From: Patescibacteria group bacterium
GTDB lineage: Bacteria; Patescibacteriota; Minisyncoccia; Phycocordibacterales; UBA1006
Assembly (NCBI GenBank): GCA_028286885.1
Contig: JAQBQS010000007.1
Span: forward strand, 17,645-81,644
Reading direction: 5' to 3'
DNA: 64,000 nt
The translations under genes and the position numbers were made by a program. The notes beneath the pieces were generated by a model. It saw only the letters and a list, made by a program, of their open reading frames with translations, was not told the DNA's origin and ran no database searches. The stretch's first letter is position 1; the number at the start of each line of letters is the position of its first letter. This document shows positions 28,555 to 38,795 of the stretch, one piece after another.

Positions 28555-31338
28555 TTATCCGTTATTCGCCTTAAACTTATTCAAAATCTCCTGCTCAATA
28601 TCCGCCCGATCGCGACCATATTTGAGATACGACAGTTGTTTGACTGCAGCAATCTGCTCCGGATTTCCCTTCGGCGCATAGCCGTCGAAGATCGTGTTCA
28701 TGTTGAACGCGCCGGCAGGTTTTCCATCGACCAACATGCTCATGATGTTGTTGAAGTTGTCCTGCTTGATAATGTCATCCTTCGAAAACTGCGGCTTGAT
28801 GCGAGGCTCGACGAACTTGGCATCCTCGTCGTTAATGCGGAAGAATCCCATCGTTCCGACGTTTCCGAACACGGCGCCTTTGATGTAAGGTGGCAATTGT
28901 TCCAAATACTGATGCGTCATGTTGAGCGACAGCTTGTATTTTCGCGCCTCCGACAAAATGGCGGAAATGGATTCCGTTACCACGTTTTGGAACTCGTCCA
29001 TGTAGACGTAAAACGGCGGGAACTGCGACAAGTCCGCACTGTCCGCGCGGGACATCGCCGCCATCTGAAGTTTTCCGATCATGATGAGGCCGATCAAGTT
29101 CGCGTTCTTCTCACCAAGAAGTCCTTTGGACAAGTTGACCAAAAGAATTTTCTTGTTGTCCATCACGTCGCGGAAATTGAATGCGGACTTTTCCTGTAGA
29201 ACCACCGGCCGCATGAATTCGTTTGAGATGAAGTCGTCGAACTTTCCGGAAATGTATGGCACGAAGTTTTCCAACCCCTGGTCCCCCGTCGTCTTCTCGG
29301 CGGCTTTCCAAAATTCAATGACAAGAGGGTCCTTGCAGTGAGAAAGCTTCATGTCGCGGAACGCCTTGTCCGCGAGCACGCGCGTAATTTCCATCAGGGT
29401 GTTCCCAAGCTCGGGCGAACTCATCACGAGGAGTGCCGCGTTTCGGAAGTACTGTCCGAACATCGCACCTCCCTGGGCCTTCATGTCAAACAGCTTGTCG
29501 AAGATGCCGAGGAGCTCGCCGATCACAAGGGACTTTTGCTGCGGGCGCGTGACATCGTACTCGAGCATGTTAAGCCCCATCGGGCGCTCGACGTACGACG
29601 GATCGAAGTAGATGACATCGTCCATGCGCTCCGGCGGAATGTTGGCGAGGATCGTCTGGACGTCGGATCCGTGCGGATCAATGAAGCAGCATCCGTCGCC
29701 GTTTTTGATGTCTTGAATAATCATTTTCAAGAACATCTGCGTCTTACCGACACCGGTCTGGCCGATTGTGTAAAAATGACGCAAGCGGTCGGCAGGCGAG
29801 AAGTAGATCGGCGTTTCCTTGCCTCGGAAGACGTTCGTACCGAGAAGGATTCCCTTGGTGCCCATGTCGAGCGGTGCCGGAGCTGAACCTGATTTTGCCT
29901 GCTTGAGCTGCGGACTATCCTTGGTAAGCGCCGGAAAGTGGACAAGGCTCGCAAGCTCGTGAAAATTCAAATGAAGCAGCTTGTCCTGCTGCATCTCGCG
30001 GTAAGAAAACTCGTGGAAAAACGGCATCAAGTCGCGTCCGCCGACGCTCTTGAAGGCGATGCCGTTTCCGGTCGTATTTGAAAACTGATAAAAGGCGGAC
30101 TCAAGCTCGTGCAAGATCGCCTCGGCGCGCGGCTGGTTCTGCGCGCTCGCGATGATTCTGATGTTCGTCTCAATCACGCTCGACTTCAGCTTTTCGGTAA
30201 TCGATGCGATCGCAATCTCGTCGACATATTTGGTCGCCTTGGGCTCGTCGGGCTTTTTCTCTTCCGACTTAAAAAGCGATAGTGCGGCTTTTCCGAATCC
30301 TTTCGCCTCGTGCGCCCACGGGTTCTCGATTTCATCCTTGATCTCGGAGAATTTGTCGCCTTTGCGCAAGCGGTCGAGAATCTTTCCGTACTGGCGGATG
30401 AACGTGTCGCCTGCGGGACGGATCGTGAACTGGATCGCAGCGCCTTCGCCCTGCTTGTCGAGTTTCGAGAACACGTTCAAAACGACGTCGAGCGGATCGG
30501 TTGAGAACGAGTCGTACGTCTTGATCGTCATCAAGTCAGAACTCGAAGATTTCGCGTACGATCCCGCCGCGCCTCCCTGCTCGTTGAAAATATTGTAGTC
30601 GTCGGTAATCTCGGCGATCTTCGCGTCCGCATACAATCCGAGCATGACTTTCTCAAACGTGTCAGAACGGTCGCGTGGAACAGAGATATAAAACACGACT
30701 TCGTCAGATGCATTGGAAAGCGCGATCTCGATTGTGTACCAGTTGCGGTCGGGATTCTCGCCTGGGCCGATCGCCTGCATTCCCGCAAAAAACTGTTCCA
30801 TGGCGGACGTCAGATCCTTGAACGTTTTTTGGACTCCTTCTTCAGGACGAGGAAGCGTCACTTCGAAAAGCCGCGCGTTGATCTCCTTGAAGAGTTCCGT
30901 GTTGGGCTTCAGCCCCGGAATTTCGTGATAGCTCGAAAGATACTGCACGAGGAAGCGCAGGAAGTCGTCATCGATATGCGGGTTGTTCATCTTGGCGACA
31001 ATGTCGAGCGCATTCTTAATTCCCTTCTCCATCATGATTCCCATGAGTTCGCCCATCGTGCCGTCATGCGTCTCGGGCCGCAGTTTCAAAACGATTCCCT
31101 CAACATGATCCGCCGGCATCATCTGTTTCGGATGCAAGACTTCGGTTGTCGGAGCGGATTTGTAAGCGTCTATCAAATCTCTTGCAGCATCTTCTTTTTT
31201 GGATTCCATTCCCGAAGCCACCATCTGCTCCTGGTGCATCTTGAGCTGTTCGCGCAAAAACGCGACTTCCTCTTCGGGAGACTTGAACTGGACGCTTTTA
31301 TTTTGGAATGCGGCTTCGAAATTTGAGGTGGGATTCAT
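28555..31338 (-). CDS. VirD4/TraG/TrwB-like (HerA-FtsK superfamily) ATPase
   Basis: DRLRHFYTIGQTGVGKT, FIDPHG, YMDEFQN, ILSEARKY...HQY. Confidence 0.88.
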   Translation of the reverse strand: MNPTSNFEAAFQNKSVQFKSPEEEVAFLREQLKMHQEQMVASGMESKKEDAARDLIDAYKSAPTTEVLHPKQMMPADHVEGIVLKLRPETHDGTMGELMGIMMEKGIKNALDIVAKMNNPHIDDDFLRFLVQYLSSYHEIPGLKPNTELFKEINARLFEVTLPRPEEGVQKTFKDLTSAMEQFFAGMQAIGPGENPDRNWYTIEIALSNASDEVVFYISVPRDRSDTFEKVMLGLYADAKIAEITDDYNIFNEQGGAAGSYAKSSSSDLMTIKTYDSFSTDPLDVVLNVFSKLDKQGEGAAIQFTIRPAGDTFIRQYGKILDRLRKGDKFSEIKDEIENPWAHEAKGFGKAALSLFKSEEKKPDEPKATKYVDEIAIASITEKLKSSVIETNIRIIASAQNQPRAEAILHELESAFYQFSNTTGNGIAFKSVGGRDLMPFFHEFSYREMQQDKLLHLNFHELASLVHFPALTKDSPQLKQAKSGSAPAPLDMGTKGILLGTNVFRGKETPIYFSPADRLRHFYTIGQTGVGKTQMFLKMIIQDIKNGDGCCFIDPHGSDVQTILANIPPERMDDVIYFDPSYVERPMGLNMLEYDVTRPQQKSLVIGELLGIFDKLFDMKAQGGAMFGQYFRNAALLVMSSPELGNTLMEITRVLADKAFRDMKLSHCKDPLVIEFWKAAEKTTGDQGLENFVPYISGKFDDFISNEFMRPVVLQEKSAFNFRDVMDNKKILLVNLSKGLLGEKNANLIGLIMIGKLQMAAMSRADSADLSQFPPFYVYMDEFQNVVTESISAILSEARKYKLSLNMTHQYLEQLPPYIKGAVFGNVGTMGFFRINDEDAKFVEPRIKPQFSKDDIIKQDNFNNIMSMLVDGKPAGAFNMNTIFDGYAPKGNPEQIAAVKQLSYLKYGRDRADIEQEILNKFKANNG

Positions 31339-31410
31339 TGCCTAAATTATATCAAAGTCCAAAAGAAAAACCCATGCGTTGCATGGGTTTAATAAGCCGA
31401 GGACGACAGC

Positions 31411-31779
31411 CTACTTGTTTTGAAGCTTAGCCTCGTTCTGCTTTGCCGCTTCTACATCTTTTTTATGCGAGAAGTAGAACACAACAAAGCAAACGACGAG
31501 AGAGATGAGTTCTTTTATGAAATCATAGCTGGCCAGCTGGATGCCGATGTTGTCGAAGGCCCGGGCGTAGTCCAAAAATGTCCGTAGCAAGCATCCGACT
31601 GCAAGACCCATCATCAGTATACTGATTGATACGACCTTGTCCGAACTGTTCCAGTTGAGCGCTGCCACGACTACGAACGCGATCGTAGCTACGAGCAGCA
31701 CATTGCCGACGGGAACCTTGAAAAGGAAAATCATGATCGTGATGATTGCAATAAGAAAGGCGATGTTTTTTGGTTTCAT
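31411..31779 (-). CDS. Orphan membrane protein
   Basis: Four hydrophobic segments and an A-rich leader. Confidence 0.65.
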   Translation of the reverse strand: MKPKNIAFLIAIITIMIFLFKVPVGNVLLVATIAFVVVAALNWNSSDKVVSISILMMGLAVGCLLRTFLDYARAFDNIGIQLASYDFIKELISLVVCFVVFYFSHKKDVEAAKQNEAKLQNK

Positions 31780-31826
31780 TTTAAATTATTGAATGGTTAA
31801 ATAAAATTGTTGAGTTGAAAATAAAT

Positions 31827-32003
31827 TTAGCGAACGTAAATGACTTGCTGCCTCTCGATATGGTTTACCAAGATATCTTTGCACATGCTTGGGAAATCTC
31901 TGAGTAGCGAGCCGATGATGATCATCCAGCCGAATTCTTTTACCGCATGCCTGACATTCTTGAACCAGTAGCACAGCATGACGAAGTGAAACGTGTTTTT
32001 CAT
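31827..32003 (-). CDS. 58-aa orphan protein (re-called frame)
   Basis: MKNTFHFVMLCYWFK...QQVIYVR*, downstream of the TTGACT promoter at about 32077-32082. Confidence 0.45.
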   Translation of the reverse strand: MKNTFHFVMLCYWFKNVRHAVKEFGWMIIIGSLLRDFPSMCKDILVNHIERQQVIYVR

Positions 32004-32117
32004 ATCTATGGAGTTTTAAAAGAAGGTTATATAATCAAAACTATCTGTATATAATATAGCATATTATATATGAAAAGTCAAGTTATCCACATACTAAAAT
32101 AACCTTGCCGCGCAAGG

Positions 32118-32882
32118 TTATTTTTTCGTCAGAATCTCATTTCCTGTTTCTGTAATAAGAATCGTATGTTCGAAATGCGCACTCTGTTTTCCGTCATGGG
32201 TCACGACCGTATATCCGTCATCGAGCATCTCAATGCCCGCCTTGCCGATATTAAGCATCGGTTCGATCGCAATCGTCATGCCGGGAACCAATCGCTCTCC
32301 CGTGCCGGATTTTCCGAAATTCGGAATGTACGGGTCCTCGTGGATCATGCGCCCCACGCCGTGGCCCGAGAATTCCCGGACGATTCCGTAGCGCTTGTTC
32401 ACGAATGATTCGATCGCATATCCGACATCCCCCGTCTGTGCTCCCGGCTGCGCAGCCGCAATCCCGATCTCGAGAGCATCTTCGGTTGCAGAAAGCAGAT
32501 CCTCGAGCTGTTTTGAAATTTTTCCGACAGGAACCGTTACGGCCGCATCCGTCACGACGCCGTCATGCCACAGCCCCAGATCGATCGAAACAATGTCGCC
32601 CTCATTCAATATTCTGTTGTCATCGGGAATGCCGTGAACAACCTCGTCGTTGACCGAGATGCAGAGCGTCGCCGGAAACGGACGGTCAGCGCCATCAGGC
32701 TTGTAGCCCAGGAAAGCCGGCGTGTCGCCGTATTCCTTGACCATCATTTCCGCCGCGCGATCAAGTTCCCCCGTTGAAATACCAGGACGTACGAGCCCCG
32801 AGAGTTTCTCCAGAATGGAAGCATGGCGCTTCCCCGCAACCCGCATCGCCTCTATTTCAGCCGGAGTCTTGATAATAATCAT
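32118..32882 (-). CDS. map: Methionine aminopeptidase
   Basis: CISVNDEVVHGIP, GHGVG..IHEDP, IEPM, SAHFEHT. Confidence 0.97.
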   Translation of the reverse strand: MIIIKTPAEIEAMRVAGKRHASILEKLSGLVRPGISTGELDRAAEMMVKEYGDTPAFLGYKPDGADRPFPATLCISVNDEVVHGIPDDNRILNEGDIVSIDLGLWHDGVVTDAAVTVPVGKISKQLEDLLSATEDALEIGIAAAQPGAQTGDVGYAIESFVNKRYGIVREFSGHGVGRMIHEDPYIPNFGKSGTGERLVPGMTIAIEPMLNIGKAGIEMLDDGYTVVTHDGKQSAHFEHTILITETGNEILTKK

Positions 32883-32927
32883 GACACGAGAATATCAAAA
32901 AATGTCAAGATTATCAAGTCCGCTTCG

Positions 32928-33515
32928 TTAGCTGATTGAATTCCTAATCTGGCCGAATACTTCATCTACTGAAGGCTCGCCGTCTATCTCGACGGACTTG
33001 TAATCTTGATTCAATTTGAAGTATTCCAAGATCGGCATCGTGTTTTCTTGGTACAAGGAAAGTCGCTCGCGAATTTTGTCGACTGACGCATCATCCGCTC
33101 GTCCCTGATTGCGAGACTGCAACCGCGCGATTGCCGATTCATCCGTGATATGAATATGAAACACGAATCTGTTTTCGATCTGAAAGAAGTCAAGTGCGGA
33201 ATCGATCATCGGAGCTTCTTCAAGCCGGCGCGCAACGCCGTCGAGAATGACTTCCTCGGTTCCGTCGAAATTTCCAATGAGCTGGTTCGCCCACAGATAG
33301 ACGGGGAAAAACGCAGGCATGAGTCCGCCGTTTTCGATCACGCCTTTCGTGCGCTTCGCGGCGAACGTATTGTTCTGTGCGACGAATTCTCGGAACAAGT
33401 TTCCGGTCTCGACATATAAAACTTTTTTGCCTTCCAATTCCAAATACTTTTTAAGTTCGAGCGCCTGGGTTCCCTTTCCTGATCCGGCTTTGCCGTAGAA
33501 GATGTATGCTGACAT
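32928..33515 (-). CDS. adk: Adenylate kinase-like nucleoside monophosphate kinase
   Basis: GKAGSGKGTQ, ETGNLFR, ILDGVAR, GRADD. Start re-called at MSAYIF. Confidence 0.85.
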   Translation of the reverse strand: MSAYIFYGKAGSGKGTQALELKKYLELEGKKVLYVETGNLFREFVAQNNTFAAKRTKGVIENGGLMPAFFPVYLWANQLIGNFDGTEEVILDGVARRLEEAPMIDSALDFFQIENRFVFHIHITDESAIARLQSRNQGRADDASVDKIRERLSLYQENTMPILEYFKLNQDYKSVEIDGEPSVDEVFGQIRNSIS

Positions 33516-33568
33516 GCGAAAAGTATACACGAAAACAAAAAAGAATTCCGTTCGGAATTCTTTTTTGT

Positions 33569-33898
33569 TTAGGCAGATTTTTTCTTCTTGTCGAAAGCTT
33601 TGTCGAGAAGATAGAGTCCAAGCGCTGTCAGAGCACCTGCTAAAACTGCTCCCCCTCCTTGCATAGCAACTTCCGCGGAAGTTGTATTCTCCCATCCTTG
33701 GCGATAGACGTCATAAATAAGACCTCCTGCCAAAGAACCCATCACTGCCGAACTCACCAAAATCTTTTTTAACATTTCAAATCCTCCAGCCTTTTCTGCT
33801 TCGCCTGCAAGACCGTTCATGCCTTGCGCGAATCTTGATTCTTCCCTTCCGATCTGGGATTCGAATGATTCGACGTTATTTCCTGAAAATCCTTCCAT
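33569..33898 (-). CDS. Hypothetical 2-TM protein
   Basis: ORF with two Gly/Ala-rich hydrophobic segments. Confidence 0.6.
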   Translation of the reverse strand: MEGFSGNNVESFESQIGREESRFAQGMNGLAGEAEKAGGFEMLKKILVSSAVMGSLAGGLIYDVYRQGWENTTSAEVAMQGGGAVLAGALTALGLYLLDKAFDKKKKSA

Positions 33899-33912
33899 AT
33901 GATTATTATTGG

Positions 33913-34053
33913 TTATTCCGCGGCCGACGCGATGTCCTGCCTGATAAGATCGACGGTTCTGTTAAGTTCTTTTAAAAGTTCGAGCTTCTCGGCCGGAGTG
34001 ATCGTCTTGTCCTCGAACTTGTCGGCAAGGGCTTTAAATTCTTCGTTGGTCAT
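33913..34053 (-). CDS. 46-aa helical small protein (not in ORF track)
   Basis: MTNEEFKALADKFEDKTITPAEKLELLKELNRTVDLIRQDIASAAE*; TTGACT..TATAAT ends 6 nt before the ATG. Confidence 0.6.
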   Translation of the reverse strand: MTNEEFKALADKFEDKTITPAEKLELLKELNRTVDLIRQDIASAAE

Positions 34054-34162
34054 AATCAAAGATTATAGAGAATGAACGAGGAAGTCAAATATGGCGTTTG
34101 CATTGACTTTCAGCGCCTTTCTGATAGATTGGAACCCATTGTTCACATTTTAAAACTTAACT

Positions 34163-34507
34163 ATGAGTAGAGAAGAAATTTTAGAAATCGTACTGAAAGC
34201 CAAGGCAGATACGATCAAAGCAGTCGACGAACAGCTTATCAGTGAAGAACTCATTCCCAAGACGATACGGGAACAATACATCAACGCCGTGATGTCGATG
34301 ACGCCGCAGGATCATCCTTTTGAAGGAATGGGAAATAAATATAATTTCCTTTTTAATGCCGCGCGCAGAATGTTTGCCAGTTGCATTTCAAACGCAAAAC
34401 CGGAAAATGAACCTGTCATCGATTTCACCAACATGGCGGTAGAAATCCGCAAGGAACTCTTCTGCGTCGGCGGAAGCGAATGCCTGCCTATTCCTATGGC
34501 AGCATAA
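34163..34507 (+). CDS. Orphan hypothetical protein
   Basis: TTGACT..TAGATT promoter, A-rich leader and terminator. Confidence 0.6.
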   Translation: MSREEILEIVLKAKADTIKAVDEQLISEELIPKTIREQYINAVMSMTPQDHPFEGMGNKYNFLFNAARRMFASCISNAKPENEPVIDFTNMAVEIRKELFCVGGSECLPIPMAA

Positions 34508-34602
34508 CTCACCACACATTATTTATAACCTCTTCGGAGGTTATTTTTTTGTAAAACAAAAATCCCCTTTGGGGAAATTTGCCACTGTATTCTTGAAAAG
34601 AA

Positions 34603-35883
34603 TTAGTATTCGCTCATGCTCGCCTGCGCTGAAAGCTTCTTGAGAAGATCGATAATAACCGATACGACAATCAAGAGGGCCGTACCTCCAATCGCCAAGT
34701 TCTGGTTGCCCGAGATTCCTTGGAAGATGGTTGGAAGCACTGCGATCACTGCGAGGAAGAGTCCCCCGAAGAACGTAATGCGCGACATGATCGTGCCTAC
34801 GAATTCAGCGGTCGGAGCTCCTGGACGGACGTTCGGAATGAACGCACCGGACTTCTGCAGGTTTGTCGCCATTGCGTCAGCATCGAACGTGACCGCCGTA
34901 TAGAAATACGTGAACACGAAGACGAGGACGAAATAGAGGATCCCGTAGTAGAGCTGATTCGACAAGAATGCCGAAACGGCTGCACCAATCGTCGCAAGCG
35001 TCGGATGAGCTACCGAGGCCGCCATCGCTGTTGCGATGAGCCTTGGGAACATCAGAATCGACAATGCGAAGATGATCGGCATCACGCCTGCCTGGTTCAT
35101 GCGAAGCGGAATGTGCGACGACGTTGAAGTCGTTACATATCCCTGCCGCGCCTGCTGCTTGGCATACGTTACCGGAACCAATCGCTCTGCCTCCGTGATC
35201 ATCACAACGCCCGCTACGATCAAGACTGCGACAATCGCGAATCCGATATAGAGAGGAAGCTGTGACGGATCATACGAGAAGAGCGCCTGCGAAATGTCGC
35301 TCGGGATACGAGCAACAATTCCCGCGAAGATGATGATTGAGATACCGTTTCCGATACCGAACTCAGAGATAAGTTCTCCGAGCCACATCATAAGGAACGA
35401 TCCCGCAACCACAATCGCGATGTTGATGAACGCCTGCGGGCTTGGAAGCGCGGGAACAATTCCCTTGCCTGCCAAAACGGCGAGAAGCGCGGCACCTTGG
35501 ACAATAGCCAAGATGACCGTCAGATATCGCGAGTACTGGTTGAACTGGCGCCGTCCCATTTCTCCGCTCTCGTGGTAAAGCTCTTTGAGCTTTGGAACCA
35601 TGAGGGTGAGGAGCTGCATGATGATCGAGGCCGTGATGAACGGACCGACTCCAAGGAGTACGATCGATAGACTTGTGAGCCCGCCGCCTGAGAAGATGTT
35701 CAAGAATCCGAAGAACTGGTTGTTCGACAGAAACTGAGCAAGCTCTCCTGCGTTAACGCCCGGTACCGGAATGGCCGTAAGGGCGCGGAACACGATCAAG
35801 ATCGCGAGAATGAACACGATCCGCATGACAAGGTTTTTGTCAGTAAAGATCGATTTCAGTTTTTTGATAAATGTTTGAAACAT
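34603..35883 (-). CDS. secY: Preprotein translocase SecY
   Basis: LGVGPFITASII.QLL, GIGNGISIIIFAGI, AGVMPIIFA, GGTALLIVV. Confidence 0.98.
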   Translation of the reverse strand: MFQTFIKKLKSIFTDKNLVMRIVFILAILIVFRALTAIPVPGVNAGELAQFLSNNQFFGFLNIFSGGGLTSLSIVLLGVGPFITASIIMQLLTLMVPKLKELYHESGEMGRRQFNQYSRYLTVILAIVQGAALLAVLAGKGIVPALPSPQAFINIAIVVAGSFLMMWLGELISEFGIGNGISIIIFAGIVARIPSDISQALFSYDPSQLPLYIGFAIVAVLIVAGVVMITEAERLVPVTYAKQQARQGYVTTSTSSHIPLRMNQAGVMPIIFALSILMFPRLIATAMAASVAHPTLATIGAAVSAFLSNQLYYGILYFVLVFVFTYFYTAVTFDADAMATNLQKSGAFIPNVRPGAPTAEFVGTIMSRITFFGGLFLAVIAVLPTIFQGISGNQNLAIGGTALLIVVSVIIDLLKKLSAQASMSEY

Positions 35884-35893
35884 AATGTTCAGT

Positions 35894-36340
35894 TTACGCG
35901 ACGGTTCCTCCTGCTGCAACGACCTTCGCCTTTGCCGATTCGGAAATCGTTACTCCTGACAATGTCAGAGCTTTCGTGATCTCGCCTGTTCCCAATACCT
36001 TAACACCGGCTGAAGCCATTCGTGCATTTCGAATCATTCCTTTTGCAAGGAGCGTCTGTGCGCTGACTGTCTCGCCTGCATTGAACTTCGTTTCAAGGTC
36101 TCGAAGATTCACGACGAATGCGTCGGTTCGAACAACTGCCGAGATGGCTCGGTTTTTTCCGTAACCTCGTTTCTTAGGAATTTTCTTGATCAAGTCTCGG
36201 AGCTCTGGTCGTTTTCGGTGACCTGAACGCGCGTTCTGACCTTTGGTTCCTCGTCCTGACGTCTTACCTCGAGTTCCTCCGCGTCCGACCTGCACATGCT
36301 TTGTGTTAGGTGTTGCGCGTTTGAGTGTGTGCATCTGCAT
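35894..36340 (-). CDS. rplO: 50S ribosomal protein L15
   Basis: GRGG..GKTSGRG.KGQ.ARSG, VKVLG.GE. Confidence 0.96.
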   Translation of the reverse strand: MQMHTLKRATPNTKHVQVGRGGTRGKTSGRGTKGQNARSGHRKRPELRDLIKKIPKKRGYGKNRAISAVVRTDAFVVNLRDLETKFNAGETVSAQTLLAKGMIRNARMASAGVKVLGTGEITKALTLSGVTISESAKAKVVAAGGTVA

Positions 36341-36341
36341 A

Positions 36342-36986
36342 TTATTCTTTGATCACCGCAGGAGTTGCTTCTGATCGAGCTTTCTTCGGCATTGCAAATG
36401 TCGAGAGGGCTTTGATCGTCGCCTGCGCGATGTTCAATTTATTCTTTGATCCTGACATCACACGACCCGTGATATCGGTTAGTCCGCCGAGCTCGACGAC
36501 GACGCGCATCGCTGAACCTACGACGACTCCTCGTCCTGTGTTCGGCATGAGCATCACGCGCGCTGACTTGTATTTTGCATCAACATCATGTCCGATCGTT
36601 CCCTTGTCATTCAATTTAACCTTGATGATGTTTTTCTTGGCATCGTTGTAAGCTTTCTGGATTGCGAGCGTCGTGTCACCGGCCTTGCCGATTCCAATAC
36701 CCATCGTTCCGCGCTTGTCGCCGATTGCAAGAACCACTGAGAATGAGAACCGTCGCCCTCCTGAAACCACACGCGTTACGCGTCGGATCGAGAGAGTCTT
36801 CTGTTCAAATTCCGGCTTTACTCGTTCCGGGCGTCCGCCTTTTCGCGGACCTCCTCGACGATCACCTCCGGGACCTCCTGGTCGTCCACCAGATCGTGGA
36901 GCGCCTGTTCGAGGTCCTCGAAATCCTCCTGCTGGCGCAGCTGGCCGAGAAGACGGAGCCTGTGTTGTCTGTGTGTTTTCTGCCAT
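36342..36986 (-). CDS. rpsE: 30S ribosomal protein S5
   Basis: RRVTRVVSGGRRFSFS. Start re-called at MAENTQ. Confidence 0.96.
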   Translation of the reverse strand: MAENTQTTQAPSSRPAAPAGGFRGPRTGAPRSGGRPGGPGGDRRGGPRKGGRPERVKPEFEQKTLSIRRVTRVVSGGRRFSFSVVLAIGDKRGTMGIGIGKAGDTTLAIQKAYNDAKKNIIKVKLNDKGTIGHDVDAKYKSARVMLMPNTGRGVVVGSAMRVVVELGGLTDITGRVMSGSKNKLNIAQATIKALSTFAMPKKARSEATPAVIKE

Positions 36987-36990
36987 AGGA

Positions 36991-37335
36991 TTAGAAGTTA
37001 AGTCCTGCTTCGCGAGCAGAATCCGCCAATGCCTTGACGCGTCCCGTAAATCGGAATCCGCCTCGGTCAAAGACGATGCTGGTAATGTTTTTCTTTGAAG
37101 CCTCTCCTGCGATGGCTTTACCAATAGCAATTGCGCGCTCCGTCTTTGTTCCTTTTGCATCCTTGATATCTGATGCTGAGGCAATGGTCTTGCCTGCTGC
37201 ATCATCAATCAACTGTGCATACATGAACTTGTTTGACTTGAATACGGCGAGACGTGGGCGTTCCGCTGAACCAATGACTCGGCTACGGATTCGCTTGTGC
37301 CTTCGGATTCGTTTTTCGATAGTTGTCGTTTTCAT
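36991..37335 (-). CDS. rplR: 50S ribosomal protein L18
   Basis: [16 protein letters not shown]...GRVKALA..ARE.GL.F. Confidence 0.97.
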   Translation of the reverse strand: MKTTTIEKRIRRHKRIRSRVIGSAERPRLAVFKSNKFMYAQLIDDAAGKTIASASDIKDAKGTKTERAIAIGKAIAGEASKKNITSIVFDRGGFRFTGRVKALADSAREAGLNF

Positions 37336-37339
37336 ACTA

Positions 37340-37873
37340 TTACGCAGACTTCTTGCCCTGCTTTCGGCGGATTACTTCGTCGTCGTATCGGAATCCTTTC
37401 CCCTTGTAAGGTTCAGGCTTCTTCTGCGATCGGACGTATGCGGAAAATTGACCGACTGCTTCCTTGTCGATTCCCGAAATGCTGATAACGTTCTTGTCAG
37501 CTGTGACTGTCAAACCTTCTGGAATTTCGATCTTGACTGGGTGCGAGAATCCAAGAGCGAGGTCGAGGCTTTTACCTGCGACTGCTGACTTGAATCCTAC
37601 ACCTTCCAAGATCAATTTCTTCTCGTAAGGCGTAACGACGCCGGCCATCATGTTCTTGATGTGCGAGCCGACCGTTCCCCAGAGGCTTCGGACGAAAACG
37701 TCTTCGCCTTTTTTGGTCAAGATGACCGTGTTTCCTTCCATTGCAATCGCAATCTTAGGATGAAATGTTCGAACGAGTTCTCCCTTGGGACCTTTCACCG
37801 TAACCGTATGGTCAACGACTGAAACAGTAACACCAGCGGGAATCTCGATCGGGTTTTTTGATATTCGTGACAT
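37340..37873 (-). CDS. rplF: 50S ribosomal protein L6
   Basis: [23 protein letters not shown]. Confidence 0.97.
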   Translation of the reverse strand: MSRISKNPIEIPAGVTVSVVDHTVTVKGPKGELVRTFHPKIAIAMEGNTVILTKKGEDVFVRSLWGTVGSHIKNMMAGVVTPYEKKLILEGVGFKSAVAGKSLDLALGFSHPVKIEIPEGLTVTADKNVISISGIDKEAVGQFSAYVRSQKKPEPYKGKGFRYDDEVIRRKQGKKSA

Positions 37874-37877
37874 ACAA

Positions 37878-38264
37878 TTACCAGATTTGGAAGAGCGCTT
37901 CCCCACCTACGTGAGCTTTGCGCGCTTCGTCACCCGTTAGAATTCCCTTTGGCGTTGAAAGCACCAAAAGTCCTCGACCGTTTTTAATAGGCTTGATGTC
38001 GTGCACGCCGCAGTAAACGCGTCGTGATGACTTCGAAACTCGTTTTACATCCGTAATGCGCGGCTTTGATTCGACATATGAAACGCCGAGTTCAAGCACG
38101 TCGCCTTTTGCTCGAGATTTTTTCGCATACGATGCGATGTATCCCGAGTTGAAAAGGACTTTTGCCACCTCTCCGGAGAGATTCGTGTGAGGAACGATAA
38201 CCGTTGCCTTGCCCGCTTTTCCTCCGTTTTTAAGAGAGATGATGAGGTTTGCCATTTTGTCCAT
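37878..38264 (-). CDS. rpsH: 30S ribosomal protein S8
   Basis: RVSKSSRRVY, LSTPKGILT...AR...VGGE. Confidence 0.97.
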   Translation of the reverse strand: MDKMANLIISLKNGGKAGKATVIVPHTNLSGEVAKVLFNSGYIASYAKKSRAKGDVLELGVSYVESKPRITDVKRVSKSSRRVYCGVHDIKPIKNGRGLLVLSTPKGILTGDEARKAHVGGEALFQIW

Positions 38265-38279
38265 ATAAATAGTGTGGGA

Positions 38280-38549
38280 TTACCAAGAAGACTTGCGAAC
38301 GCCCGGGATCATTCCCTGGTTAGCGAGTTCTCGGAACTTGATTCGCGACAAACCGAACTGCCGGATGTAGCCATTTGCTCGACCTGTAATTGCGCATCGG
38401 TTCTTGTAGCGAGAAGGAGAAGAGTTCTTAGGAAGCTTCTGGAGACCTTCAACGTCTCCGGCTGCCTTAAGTTCTGCTCGTTTACCCGCGTACTTCGCGA
38501 TGAGCTTTGCGCGCTTGATGTTGCGTGCGAGCTGTGAAGCTTTTGCCAT
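38280..38549 (-). CDS. rpsN: 30S ribosomal protein S14, 89-aa zinc-independent type
   Basis: [36 protein letters not shown]; no CxxC pair. Confidence 0.97.
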   Translation of the reverse strand: MAKASQLARNIKRAKLIAKYAGKRAELKAAGDVEGLQKLPKNSSPSRYKNRCAITGRANGYIRQFGLSRIKFRELANQGMIPGVRKSSW

Positions 38550-38795
38550 GAGTAGATAAGAGGAAAAACCCCTTGAATAACTTGAATAATATTCCTTTGT
38601 CTAGCCTCGCCATGTCACACACAAGTTCATCTTGGCTCGAAATACATTCGAGAAAAAATTAAGGCGTATGGATGTACGGGACCAAAGTCGGAGCACCGAA
38701 GTGCCATGAGAGAATAGCAAAAAAGCCTTGGAATGTCAAGGATTCCAAGCAAAAAAGCGGCGGCCTGACGGCCGCCGCTTTTTCTTGTTAACTAA

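Noticed and set aside
31786-31974. Listed 62-aa ORF
   Set aside because: The ATG-initiated 31827-32003 frame fits the promoter and leader better.
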